This document shows, piece after piece, positions 27,026-37,141 of a DNA stretch of 43,065 nucleotides. The notes beneath the pieces were generated by a model. The model worked only from the letters and a program-made list of their open reading frames with translations. It did not search any database and was not told where the DNA came from. The translations under genes and the position numbers were made by a program. The first letter of the stretch is position 1, and each line of letters starts with the position of its first letter. This DNA is from an uncultured Clostridia bacterium. Its GTDB lineage: Bacteria > Bacillota > Clostridia > Christensenellales > UBA1242. The stretch spans positions 1 to 43,065 of the forward strand of contig CANQHL010000003.1 in NCBI GenBank assembly GCA_947623775.1. The letters are read 5' to 3'.

Positions 27026-27267
27026 ATTTTCCTCGCTTTTTTCCTCGTTTTTTTAATTTACTCGTCTTGTATTTTTTGTCTTTTTTAAATTTACTCGTCT
27101 TGTATTTTTCTTCCCTCGCTTTTTAAATTTACTTTCCCAGTATTTCCCCTTTCTCGCTTTTTTATACCTACATATTGTATCATCTTTTACTCGTCTGTTA
27201 TTTTCCTCTTTAAATTCTATTTATCTACTAATTTTTATTTTCCGTCCTCGTTTTTAATTACTCCGCT
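27011..27267. repeat. pyrimidine-rich degenerate CTCG(C/T) repeat tract
   Basis: About nine CTCGY motifs in T-rich context, including a duplicated AATTTACTCGTCTTGTATTTTT. Confidence 0.7.
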
Positions 27268-29319
27268 TTATTCTTTTATCTTTTTTGTCGATTTGTCAAA
27301 GCGTTTGTACTTCAATGCACGCATACTGTTTAGAACGGCAAGTAATGTTACCCCAACATCTGCAAACACGGCTACAAGCATACCCGTAACACCTGCGGCA
27401 CCGAGAGACAACACAACAATTTTTACAAGGGCCGACAAAATAATGTTTTCCCAGACTATTTTCCTTGTATATTTGGATATTTTTATTGCCGACATTATCT
27501 TTTCAGGATTATCATCAACGATAACCACATCACTTGCCTCAATACTTGCCGGACTGCCATTTATTCCCATGGAAAATCCCACACTTGCAAGGGTTAATGA
27601 TGGTGCATCATTTATTCCGTCACCAACATAACCAATCTTTTCACCTTTTTCTTGGCACTGTTTTATATAATCATATTTATCCTGCGGTAAAAGATTGGAT
27701 TTTGCCTCGTCAACACCAATTTCTTTTGCAACTTTTTCAACGCTTTCACTGTTGTCCCCTGATAATAACAACGTTTTTATCCCCATTTCCTTCAACCCTC
27801 TGCAAGCACTCTTCGAGGACTCCTTAACCGTGTCACTTAATTCAATTTGCCCGATTTTAATATCGTTTTTATATAGTTCTATACATGTTGTCTTTAAATT
27901 TTTGTCTTTTCTACCCACAAAATAAGAATCATTGTTGTATGAATATTCAATACCCGCTCCGGCAATTTCATGAACGTTGTCCACCTGCTGCAACTTTCTT
28001 TTACATGAATTTGTTATTGCTTTGGCAAGAGGATGAAGAGAATTTTGCTCGCCTAATGCACTTAGATAAATTATTTCTTCCTCATTTAACCCACCAAAAC
28101 TTTGTACCTTTTTAATTTCAAATTGTCCAGTTGTCAATGTTCCCGTTTTATCAAATGCGATTTTATTTAGTCCGGCACACGCGTCAAGAAAGTTTGAACC
28201 TTTTATAAGCATACCATGTTTGCTTGCATTCCCGAGGCCGGAAAAATACGATAATGGCACGGATATTGCAAAGGCACACGGGCATGACACAACCAAGAAA
28301 ATTAGTCCACGATAAAGTGCAAGTTGGAAATCTTTTGTGACAATCCACACAATACCTAAAACGATTAATGCAACAACCACAACACCAAGGGTGTACCATC
28401 TTGTTATTTTTGATATGAAAGTTTCGGTTTTTGACTTGTTTTCAGAAGCATTTTCAACCAAATTCATTATTTTGCTTACTGTGCTATCCTTATACTCACT
28501 TGTGGTTTTTATTTCAAGTGTGCCGTCAAGAACAATTCCGCCCGAAAGTATTTCTTCGCCCTCCCCCCTCTGCACAGGCACGCTTTCTCCTGTAAGACTT
28601 TGATTGTCAACAAGCACATTTCCTCGCAAAATAATTCCATCAAGTGGCACTTTCTCTCCTGCATGAACAAATATGATGTTTCCTATTGCGACTTCTTCCG
28701 GTTTTACCTTTTTCTCTTGCCCGTCAACTAAGATATTGGCATATTCCGGTTGAAGGCGAACAAGGCTTTCTATACTTCTTCGGCTTCTGTTTACTGCAAG
28801 ATTTTCAAAAATCTTTCCCGTCGTGTATAGAGCAATCACCATAAGCCCCTCCATATGCTCACTTATAACCGATGCGCCAATAACCGAAATTGTAATTAAA
28901 AGATTTTCATTAATTATTCCCTTTAATAACAGTCGGAACGCTTTCAGATATGTTTTCCAACCTAAAAGCAATGCACTTATAGTATAAAGGGACCAATATA
29001 GCCAAACAGGCATATTGCATAAGAAAAGCACTATGCCAAGTGCAACCCCGACAAGCAGAAAGGCAACATCTATAAGCAAATTTAATTTATTTTTATTTTC
29101 TTTCTCTCCCTCCGTTATTTTGGCTCGGGGTTCTAACTTTTTTGTTAATAATTTTATATCTTTGAGGGCTTTTTCGGGATTTTCGCTGTCGAAAACAAGC
29201 GAATTTTTTATAAAATCAATTTGTGCATTTGCCACACCATCTATTTTATTTAACTCTTTTTGCAAACTTATTGCACAATTCGGACAATCAAGCCCGACAA
29301 TTTTCACTTTACTTTGCAT
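27268..29319 (-). CDS. heavy-metal translocating P1B-type ATPase (Zn/Cd, CadA/ZntA-like)
   Basis: GLDCPNC HMA motif, LTGES, SCPC, DKTGT, HP, GDGIND. Confidence 0.93.
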   Translation of the reverse strand: MQSKVKIVGLDCPNCAISLQKELNKIDGVANAQIDFIKNSLVFDSENPEKALKDIKLLTKKLEPRAKITEGEKENKNKLNLLIDVAFLLVGVALGIVLFLCNMPVWLYWSLYTISALLLGWKTYLKAFRLLLKGIINENLLITISVIGASVISEHMEGLMVIALYTTGKIFENLAVNRSRRSIESLVRLQPEYANILVDGQEKKVKPEEVAIGNIIFVHAGEKVPLDGIILRGNVLVDNQSLTGESVPVQRGEGEEILSGGIVLDGTLEIKTTSEYKDSTVSKIMNLVENASENKSKTETFISKITRWYTLGVVVVALIVLGIVWIVTKDFQLALYRGLIFLVVSCPCAFAISVPLSYFSGLGNASKHGMLIKGSNFLDACAGLNKIAFDKTGTLTTGQFEIKKVQSFGGLNEEEIIYLSALGEQNSLHPLAKAITNSCKRKLQQVDNVHEIAGAGIEYSYNNDSYFVGRKDKNLKTTCIELYKNDIKIGQIELSDTVKESSKSACRGLKEMGIKTLLLSGDNSESVEKVAKEIGVDEAKSNLLPQDKYDYIKQCQEKGEKIGYVGDGINDAPSLTLASVGFSMGINGSPASIEASDVVIVDDNPEKIMSAIKISKYTRKIVWENIILSALVKIVVLSLGAAGVTGMLVAVFADVGVTLLAVLNSMRALKYKRFDKSTKKIKE

Positions 29320-29683
29320 TCTTTTTCTCCATAACGTGTTCTATGCTTATTTCAAATACTTCGCGAACATGATTGTCTGCAAGAGAATAATAAACCTCTT
29401 TCCCCTGCCTGCGGCTTTTTACAAGAGCCATTTCTTTGAGATTTTGTAATTGATGCGAAACGGCCGACTTGGTCATATTTAAAAGTGCAGATATATCGCA
29501 TACACATAGTTCAGCATTGTCAAGTGCATTTATGATTTTTATTCTCGTACTATCCGACAATGCCTTATAAAAATCGGCTATATCAAGCAAAATCTCATCA
29601 TTCAACATCACTTCTCTCACATTATTTACATTTTCACCATGAATTATATTGCAATCACATGAAACACATTTGCATTTTGTCAT
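29309..29683 (-). CDS. ArsR/SmtB-family metal-sensing repressor
   Basis: Cys-rich N-terminus plus ELCVCD (alpha3N site) and D-N-H-x10-H-x2-E (alpha5 site). Confidence 0.93.
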   Translation of the reverse strand: MTKCKCVSCDCNIIHGENVNNVREVMLNDEILLDIADFYKALSDSTRIKIINALDNAELCVCDISALLNMTKSAVSHQLQNLKEMALVKSRRQGKEVYYSLADNHVREVFEISIEHVMEKKNAK

Positions 29684-29699
29684 TTTTACTCCTTTAAAC

Positions 29700-29755
29700 G
29701 GTTGAATAATTGTTCAACCATTATCATTATAGTTGAATTTATATTCAACTGTCAA
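29700..29755 (-). promoter_or_regulatory. promoter with two SmtB-type operators
   Basis: GGTTGAA-N6-TTCAACC (29700-29719) and AGTTGAA-N6-TTCAACT (29731-29750), the second overlapping TTGACA-N18-TATAAT. Confidence 0.85.
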
Positions 29756-29839
29756 CTGTTTTTAAAAAAAATTATAAACTTTTTTTGTTTATAATTCTTT
29801 TTTCTTATTATTTAATTCTTTTCCTTATTCATTTAAATG

Positions 29840-29902
29840 AAAATTGAAACTTCTTAATTATAGTCTTATAAATAAAAATTGAAACTTCTTAATCACAGTC
29901 TT
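29840..29902. repeat. 35-bp-period direct duplication
   Basis: AAAATTGAAACTTCTTAATyAyAGTCTT occurs twice. Confidence 0.75.
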
Positions 29903-29924
29903 GCACAATTTCTTGTACACTAAC

Positions 29925-31304
29925 TTAATCGTTATTGTAAGAATTAACAATTTCCTGTGCCACAAACACGCCACTTGCCGATGCCTGAGAAAGCGAATGC
30001 GTCACTCCACTTCCGTCGCCTATCACATACAATCCCGGATAACGAGTTTGGAGTTTGCCGTCAACTTCAACGTGCATATTATAAAATTTAACTTCAACCC
30101 CATAAAGCAAAGTATCATCATTTGCTGTTCCTGGTGCAACCTTATCCAAAGCATAAATCATTTCAATTATGCCATCAAGAATTCTCTTTGGCAAAACCAA
30201 ACTTAAATCCCCCGGTGTGGCTTGCAATGTTGGAGTTATAAACGCATCGTCCATTCGTTTTTGTGTGGAACGTCGTCCTCTTACAAGGTCGCCAAAGCGT
30301 TGAACAATTACGCCACCGCCAAGCATGTTGCTTAATCTTGCTATTGCTTCACCATAGCCATTTGAATCTTTAAAAGGTTCGGAAAAAGTTTTTGTCACAA
30401 GCAGTGCAAAATTTGTGTTGTTTGTTTGCTTAGATGCCTCTTCATAACTGTGTCCATTTACAGTGATTATGCCATTTGTGTTTTCATTTACAACAGCACC
30501 CTTAGGATTCATACAGAAAGTACGCACCTTGTCACCATATTTCTTAGTGCAATAAACAATTTTGCTTTCATACAACTCATCTGTTATATTTGAAAAGACT
30601 TCATAAGGCAATTCAACACGCACGCCTATATCAACACGATTGGATTTTACCGGAATGTCAAGTTCATTGCAAACTTGTTCCATCCACTTGCTTCCGCTTC
30701 TGCCAACTGAAACTATACATTTTGTACATTTAAAATTAGCATTTTTGCATTCGATTTCATATCCTTTTTCACAAACTTTTATTGATTTTACCGGTGTATC
30801 GAAGTAAAAATCCACTTTTTCTTTCAATTCTTTATACAAATTTTCCAAAACAATATAATTAACATCTGTGCCAAGGTGACGCACCGAGGCATCAAGCAAG
30901 TGCAAATCATGTTGTATGCAAATTTTCTTGAAATTGGTCCCAGCTGTTGAAAACAACTTTATTCCCTGCCCACCATGTGCCAAATTTATGTCGTCAACAT
31001 AACGCATAAGTTCAAGTGCTTTTTCCTTGCCAATGTATTCATATAAAGTTCCGCCAAAATCATTTGTAATGTTATACTTTCCATCAGAAAAAGCTCCGGC
31101 ACCACCAAAACCACTCATTATAGAGCAAGTTTTGCACTTTATACAACTTTTAATGTCTTTGCCATTTATCGGACATCTTCTTTTGCTAAGTTCATGGCCA
31201 GCCTCAAACACGGCAACCTTTAAATCCGGCCTTTTGCCAATGATTTCATAAGCGGAAAATATTCCTCCTGGTCCCGCTCCGATTATTGCAACATCATAAT
31301 TCAT
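29925..31304 (-). CDS. NAD(P)/FAD-dependent oxidoreductase
   Basis: Start MNYDVAIIGAGPGG (GGAGG SD); GFGGAGAFSDGK, VRTFCMNP, YVIGDGSG. Confidence 0.9.
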   Translation of the reverse strand: MNYDVAIIGAGPGGIFSAYEIIGKRPDLKVAVFEAGHELSKRRCPINGKDIKSCIKCKTCSIMSGFGGAGAFSDGKYNITNDFGGTLYEYIGKEKALELMRYVDDINLAHGGQGIKLFSTAGTNFKKICIQHDLHLLDASVRHLGTDVNYIVLENLYKELKEKVDFYFDTPVKSIKVCEKGYEIECKNANFKCTKCIVSVGRSGSKWMEQVCNELDIPVKSNRVDIGVRVELPYEVFSNITDELYESKIVYCTKKYGDKVRTFCMNPKGAVVNENTNGIITVNGHSYEEASKQTNNTNFALLVTKTFSEPFKDSNGYGEAIARLSNMLGGGVIVQRFGDLVRGRRSTQKRMDDAFITPTLQATPGDLSLVLPKRILDGIIEMIYALDKVAPGTANDDTLLYGVEVKFYNMHVEVDGKLQTRYPGLYVIGDGSGVTHSLSQASASGVFVAQEIVNSYNND

Positions 31305-31613
31305 AAATTCCTCCTTATTTTGCACCTTTCAAAATTAAAAATGCCTGATTAACTACAAAACCAAGCATTTTTTAATTTTAAATCAACATTTTTCTCATCA
31401 CAAGCAATATTATAACATAAATCATATAAATTTGTATTCATTTTTACGAAAAAATTTAATTTATTTTAATTTTTTTTGAATTTTTTCTTAAAACAATGTC
31501 CATATCATACAAAAATTCAATTTTTTCTCTATTTTACCCTTGCATCACCAAAGAAAATGGCTGACTTGCCGTAAATTTTACTTGCTGCTAGAAGCATCTA
31601 CACATGAAAACAT

Positions 31614-32813
31614 CTAAATATCAACTTCCGCTTGCTCATCTTGCTTTCTTTTTTCAAATTCCGCTCCGAACTCCACTTTGTTATTGACTGCATCTATTGT
31701 GCCTATTATATCGGATGGAGATACTTTATATTTTATTCCCATAGGACCGGTCATAGAATAATCAACCGCCGCATCTTCAGTTGCGGAAACCGGTTTAACT
31801 ACGGCGTCACCCTTTAAAAATACAATTCCATCACCGCGTGACTTATCAAAACCCGTCCTAAACAAAAGTAAATCGTCAAGCAAAGCGTCAACATCTTGGA
31901 AGTTGTGAAATTTGTTCATTGTGTATGAAGTCGAATCCATATTTCGTTGCACCATATACAAGCCGTTTTCACTTATTGAATCTAGTGCAGAATAATTTGT
32001 TCCATGATAACGGTCTCTTCCTGTTAACACCGAGATTAACTTTTTGCAATCTTTTATAAATTGTTTATCTTCATGATATAAAGATAATTTTGCATCTTTT
32101 TGTAGCTCACGTAATTCCTCTCTCACCTGAATTATTGCATTTTCTTTTTTCTCGATATTTTCAAGATTACTCAAAAACAAAAGCACTTCTCTCACTTGTT
32201 TATCATTCACACCATCTACAAAACCATGTCTGAATGGAACGGTGGCATCTATAACATACGAGCCGACCGCTCCATATCCACCACCTAAATCACCACTTGC
32301 ATACAGCATCTCTTCCAACATTTTATTGATTGGACTGTTTCTTAATTTTTGCATTTTGGCTTGAGGATTATCTAGAAATTCAAAATATTCTTCTGTATTT
32401 TTAAATTTGAAAAGATGATTTTCTTTATCTTCCTCCGCATCATCTTCATAACCATCAAACCATTGATTTGCCTGTTTTGTAAATTCTTTTTCAGCTTCCA
32501 CACGGTCAATTGGTGGAATTTTAAAAACTCTTGCCATTTCCAGCATTGATTTTCGTAAGAAATCACAACATTGTTTATATGATTTATCAAGTTCTTCTGA
32601 AGAATTCACATGAAAAACCTTATTTCTTATAACGTCAGACACATCTTCAAAGATGTCAGAAAGCAAAGATTCACTATGGCTATCCAAAACATATCCATGT
32701 TCTTCAAAATATGCTTTCAATCTATCAAATGGTGGAGCACAATCCTCCGAAGAGGTCGCATTTCTTATCACCGGCCAAATTATGTCAAAGAAACTATCTT
32801 GATCTATTTCCAT
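31614..32813 (-). CDS. hypothetical protein with C-terminal ADP-ribosyltransferase-like motifs
   Basis: Long ORF with SD; YHGT-x7-I-x3-GL, STS, VSPSDI. Confidence 0.6.
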   Translation of the reverse strand: MEIDQDSFFDIIWPVIRNATSSEDCAPPFDRLKAYFEEHGYVLDSHSESLLSDIFEDVSDVIRNKVFHVNSSEELDKSYKQCCDFLRKSMLEMARVFKIPPIDRVEAEKEFTKQANQWFDGYEDDAEEDKENHLFKFKNTEEYFEFLDNPQAKMQKLRNSPINKMLEEMLYASGDLGGGYGAVGSYVIDATVPFRHGFVDGVNDKQVREVLLFLSNLENIEKKENAIIQVREELRELQKDAKLSLYHEDKQFIKDCKKLISVLTGRDRYHGTNYSALDSISENGLYMVQRNMDSTSYTMNKFHNFQDVDALLDDLLLFRTGFDKSRGDGIVFLKGDAVVKPVSATEDAAVDYSMTGPMGIKYKVSPSDIIGTIDAVNNKVEFGAEFEKRKQDEQAEVDI

Positions 32814-33017
32814 TTTTTACCGCCTTTTCAATAATATTTTACATTATTTATATGCAAATTGCAAGTATGCCTTTAATTTTAACAAAAAATGTAGAAAATT
32901 CTATACAATTTATCAAATAATTCATAGTTTATCACCTGCGTAACCTTTATAATTCCTTTTACCGCATTTTTTCAATCGACATACCTTTCAATGGTTTGTA
33001 TATTTCACTTTTCATAA

Positions 33018-33488
33018 TCATTTTAAAAGAGTATCAATTTTGTTGCCATTATAATAATAGTCAACCGTTTCCAACACTTCATCAATCACCGAAACAAAAT
33101 CATCAGTTATTTGCTTAACCGCTTCATATGATTTATCCGATTGTTGAAACCTCTCATATAAAGCCAATATATAATCATTGTTTGGTACAGGCAATTCATC
33201 TCTTTGCAACGACATATCAATGATTTTATTAATAGCGTCAGACGTCAACTGGTCTATTTTGGCGGCAATACTAATTCTATCAGCAATCCCCATTTCAAAC
33301 GCTTTATCAAGAAGTTGCATCACAAAATTGTATTTGCCCTCTTCAAGAATAAAATCTTCGACTAATAGATAGTATTCCATGCAAACCATTGCACCAAAGT
33401 CTTCATCATCTTGCCCAGGTTCTTTTTGGGCAATCAATATGCCTTTCAAATATCTCTTTTTATTTTCTCCATTTTCTTGTTCTTCCAT
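33018..33488 (-). CDS. hypothetical protein, one copy of an unrecognised ~145-aa helical domain
   Basis: GGGGG SD; aligns by eye with both halves of the upstream gene. Confidence 0.8.
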   Translation of the reverse strand: MEEQENGENKKRYLKGILIAQKEPGQDDEDFGAMVCMEYYLLVEDFILEEGKYNFVMQLLDKAFEMGIADRISIAAKIDQLTSDAINKIIDMSLQRDELPVPNNDYILALYERFQQSDKSYEAVKQITDDFVSVIDEVLETVDYYYNGNKIDTLLK

Positions 33489-33642
33489 TTATCCCCCATT
33501 ATTAAAAACCGATTTTAGTCTATTCGCAATGCAGTACATTGCTTAATACTATCATGCTAAATCTACATCCTCTACATATTCATCACGCCGCTCTCATCTG
33601 CCTTGTAATTTTTGTTGTTTTAAATCATTTGTTTTTAAAGTC

Positions 33643-34512
33643 TTAATTATTGTTTTTCTTAAATTCATCATAAGCGGCATCTACTTCACGTAAAATTGCA
33701 TCAAGTGATGTTGTAAATTCATCTTTTATTTGTTTTATGGCTTTAGGTGATTTATTTGATGCTTGAAACTTTCTATATAATGCTCTGTAAAATCCATTGT
33801 TTGGGCATGGCACAACATCTCTAAGTTTTGCCATTTCAACAATTCTATTCATATTTGCAGAGCAGAAACTTTTAGTTTTTTCATCCAGCGTTTTGTCCAA
33901 TTTCTCCCCTTGTTGCGTCTCAAAATTACATATCGTCTGATACATGTCGCAGTAAGCACCACCCTTGATTAAGAATTCTTCCATAAACATTCTACACTCT
34001 CTGCAAACATTTTCTTTGAACGTCACTTGTGTCAAATCACTTGTTTTTCTTAACAGCTTTACACTTGAATTATGGTTTTCAGGAAAAAACTTATCATATT
34101 CTAATTCTATTTGACGAACGAGAGCATTTATTGCCAAATAAATTTCATCGGTTAACTGTTGTATTATTTCCGATGATTTATTTGATGCTTCATATTTTCT
34201 GTACAAGTCTCGATAATATCTGCTATCTACAACCGGTGCTTCTTTGTTTTTACATGCTATTTCAACAGCCTTGTTGATTTCACGCGCAACAGCTGATATA
34301 ACTCTGCTTTCAAGTCGTTCAGCACGAACTTTATCTTGAGGTGTCGCATAGTTATTACACAATGTATGATACATCTCATAATAAGCACCACCATCTATTA
34401 TAAAATCCTCCAAAAATTCATTATACTCAACGCAAACATCATCTTTGAATTCTTCTTGACTTTGTTTCGTTGCTCTTTTCAGCGTCTTTACGCCCTTTGC
34501 TAAAATTTCCAT
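33643..34512 (-). CDS. hypothetical protein, two tandem copies of the same domain
   Basis: Start MEILAKG (GGAGGGG SD); internal duplication. Confidence 0.8.
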   Translation of the reverse strand: MEILAKGVKTLKRATKQSQEEFKDDVCVEYNEFLEDFIIDGGAYYEMYHTLCNNYATPQDKVRAERLESRVISAVAREINKAVEIACKNKEAPVVDSRYYRDLYRKYEASNKSSEIIQQLTDEIYLAINALVRQIELEYDKFFPENHNSSVKLLRKTSDLTQVTFKENVCRECRMFMEEFLIKGGAYCDMYQTICNFETQQGEKLDKTLDEKTKSFCSANMNRIVEMAKLRDVVPCPNNGFYRALYRKFQASNKSPKAIKQIKDEFTTSLDAILREVDAAYDEFKKNNN

Positions 34513-34604
34513 TTCCCCTCCCTTTTTACGTAACATAAATAGTAGTAAAAATCAAAACACGTCTAAACACGCAAACTTTTTCGTCTGCAATAGCGTGGCA
34601 ACAA

Positions 34605-35129
34605 TTAAAGATAATTGTCAAACTCATCTGAAATATTTTTTGTATAGTTTTTAAAATCATTAAATATTGCATCGTTTTTTCTTTCTTCTGAATATATTTT
34701 GGCTTGCATAATTGCATCAAGTTTATCCATCTTCTTAACAAACATTGCTTCTGGGCTTTTGTTTTCTTCAAATTCCAGCCATAAATTCAATAATTCTGGC
34801 ATTTTACATTCTTTGGCAAGTCTTTTTACACAAGCAAGTTCCATATCAAATTTTTCTTGCAAGGTAATTTTATCATATGGCGTATGATCTCCGGCGTCAA
34901 TTTCGCATAACTCATGAACTAAAATCATCTTGTAAACTTTAAGTTGGTCAAGATTTTTGTACTTATCAGATTTTGCCATAATTTCCATTGCCAACATACA
35001 CATTGAAAAAGTATGTTCTGCATCGCTTTCAACGCGGCCGGTTTTAATATTGCCTACATTTCTCACAAGCCAGCCTTTTCTTAAAATATTTTTTAATTTA
35101 TAGATTTCGCCATATAATTTACTACTCAT
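34605..35129 (-). CDS. HD-domain hydrolase (YfbR/HDDC2-like)
   Basis: LK..LRKGW, ESDAEHT, LVHELCE..AGD, DKLD. Confidence 0.88.
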   Translation of the reverse strand: MSSKLYGEIYKLKNILRKGWLVRNVGNIKTGRVESDAEHTFSMCMLAMEIMAKSDKYKNLDQLKVYKMILVHELCEIDAGDHTPYDKITLQEKFDMELACVKRLAKECKMPELLNLWLEFEENKSPEAMFVKKMDKLDAIMQAKIYSEERKNDAIFNDFKNYTKNISDEFDNYL

Positions 35130-35306
35130 AATTCCCCCTTGTTAATCTTTTCACCTCAATGCAATCTTGCTTGCTGTGTGAAGTTGCAAACAATACGTTT
35201 TGTGCAGATTTTATATAAAAACAAGTAAAAATTCTATAAAAACGACATTTTATTTGATTTTTTCTTTATTTTTTGTAAAAATTAACGATTTTTTCTAAAA
35301 TTATTT

Positions 35307-35861
35307 TTATTTTTTTAATTTCAGGCCGTCTTTAAATGCGTTTCCCACTCTTTCAGTAACTTTATAATATCCATGCGTGTAAGGATCAAATGCAATCGCT
35401 TCAACTTTGCTTATATCAATTTTGTCTCCTTCAAAAACCTCTTCATCGGCCGAAACATTGACAACCTTTCCTATAACTCCACAGTCTTGATACTCAACAA
35501 ATTCACATTCTATACAAATTGGGAATTCGTTAACAATAGGTGCATCAACATAATTTGATTTTGTTTCTGTCAGTCCGCTGTTTTCAAATTTATTTGGTGT
35601 ATTATTTGCAGAAGCCACACCAAAATAATCCGCTTCCGTAACATGTTTTGCATCTGCAATTGAAACGGTAAATCCCTTTCTTTGTTTAATATTTTTCACG
35701 GTTTTATGGGTTTCGGTCAAGTTTAAAATCACATAATCTCTTTCAAGCATAGTCCCCCATGCAGCATTCATAACATCAACCGAACCATCTTCATTATACG
35801 TTGCAATCATAAGAACAGGCATCGGGAATATTGCTTCCGTTGTTTTAATATTCTTTTTCAT
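35307..35861 (-). CDS. flavin reductase / flavoredoxin family protein
   Basis: Start MKKNIK (GGAGG SD); PMPVLMIATY, MNAAWG, HKT..NI, APIV.E.P..IEC. Confidence 0.88.
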   Translation of the reverse strand: MKKNIKTTEAIFPMPVLMIATYNEDGSVDVMNAAWGTMLERDYVILNLTETHKTVKNIKQRKGFTVSIADAKHVTEADYFGVASANNTPNKFENSGLTETKSNYVDAPIVNEFPICIECEFVEYQDCGVIGKVVNVSADEEVFEGDKIDISKVEAIAFDPYTHGYYKVTERVGNAFKDGLKLKK

Positions 35862-36095
35862 ATAAAATTCCTCCAAATTCATTTTAACATACTTTCTCAT
35901 TATTTCAAAATATTTGAGATAGAAAGACGATATTATATTTTTCATTAAAATAATTTTGCTACTTTAAGATATTGACCAATATTAATTTAATAAATATTGA
36001 TTAAAAATCAACATATTCTGCGATGTATTAACTAAAACGCAAATTTGATTTTCGCTTTATGCATAAACAAATGTTTTACCTTATACTGCAAAAAA

Positions 36096-36413
36096 TCAAA
36101 ATTCAACAATAGGCAAATTTGGATTAAAATCAGTATTTATTTCAATCACGTTGGCTTGCATTTTCAGTTGGTCGTTTATATATCTCACAAAATCACTGCT
36201 TACAATTTGACATATATTTCTCTTTAGAGAATCATCATAATGATAACAACCATTTTTCTCGTTAGACGCCCAATCAAAAAATTCTTGCAAATAATAATCA
36301 ATATTGTTAATTATTTCATCAGGCAATTCAATTATGTCGACATTTCCATTAACAATAGTTTTTTCTGCCTCTTCATCATAATCATAATCGTACGCAACAT
36401 TAACTTGTTTCAT
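36096..36413 (-). CDS. hypothetical acidic protein
   Basis: 105-aa ORF with AGGG SD. Confidence 0.7.
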   Translation of the reverse strand: MKQVNVAYDYDYDEEAEKTIVNGNVDIIELPDEIINNIDYYLQEFFDWASNEKNGCYHYDDSLKRNICQIVSSDFVRYINDQLKMQANVIEINTDFNPNLPIVEF

Positions 36414-36454
36414 ATATTCCCCTTTTACACCAAAAAATCATTTAATGGATATTT

Positions 36455-36907
36455 TTATAAATCACACTTTTCATAATATAAATTATGTTTTTTGGCTGTT
36501 TTTTTCAAAAATTCCTCAATATTATACATAGAGTTTATGTGCAAATAGAAATCGTAACCCATATAAATTTCAAATTGTTCTGATTTAAACTTGCACCAAA
36601 ATTCTTCTCTGATATTTTTCTGCAATATAGTATATAACCATTTATCATCAACATCAAAAGAAGTTTTTGAAAAAATATTTTTTGGTTCTTGCTTCAAAAT
36701 TCTCACTTTTTTGATTTTGAAAGCATTAAAAAAATCATAAATAAAGTCCATGTAATCTTTTTCAACTTTTAAATACTCTTTTTGCGTAAGTTGACCATCC
36801 GCAAAATTTTTCCCGATGTCACTATACGAAGTCCATTCTTCACGAGTATAAGATTGATTATCATCTCTCAGCTCGGGATTATATTTTGATATTCTATATT
36901 GAAACAT
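36455..36907 (-). CDS. hypothetical protein (aromatic-rich)
   Basis: GGGGG SD; YRISKY, WTSYSDIG, REEFWC, GYDFY. Confidence 0.75.
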   Translation of the reverse strand: MFQYRISKYNPELRDDNQSYTREEWTSYSDIGKNFADGQLTQKEYLKVEKDYMDFIYDFFNAFKIKKVRILKQEPKNIFSKTSFDVDDKWLYTILQKNIREEFWCKFKSEQFEIYMGYDFYLHINSMYNIEEFLKKTAKKHNLYYEKCDL

Positions 36908-37141
36908 TTATCCCCCAATTTTGCAATTCTGCTTTAATTTCTTCTAATTTTCAAAATAAATAATAACACAAATTGCCGCAAAAACAAAATTTAATTTTGA
37001 TTTTTACAAAGTTTTTACCCCTTTTCAAAAAACGAAAATACTTTGATATGAAAAAAGATTAAAGATAGAAAAAGGGACACTTTAACATTATTTTAGTAAT
37101 AATAAAAATAAGGATATTAATCTCAAAAACTAATTTTCAAA

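Noticed and set aside
29840-29902. CRISPR remnant suggested by two ATTGAAAC motifs
   Set aside because: Only two copies at a 35-bp period, with the intervening sequence also duplicated; a simple tandem duplication.
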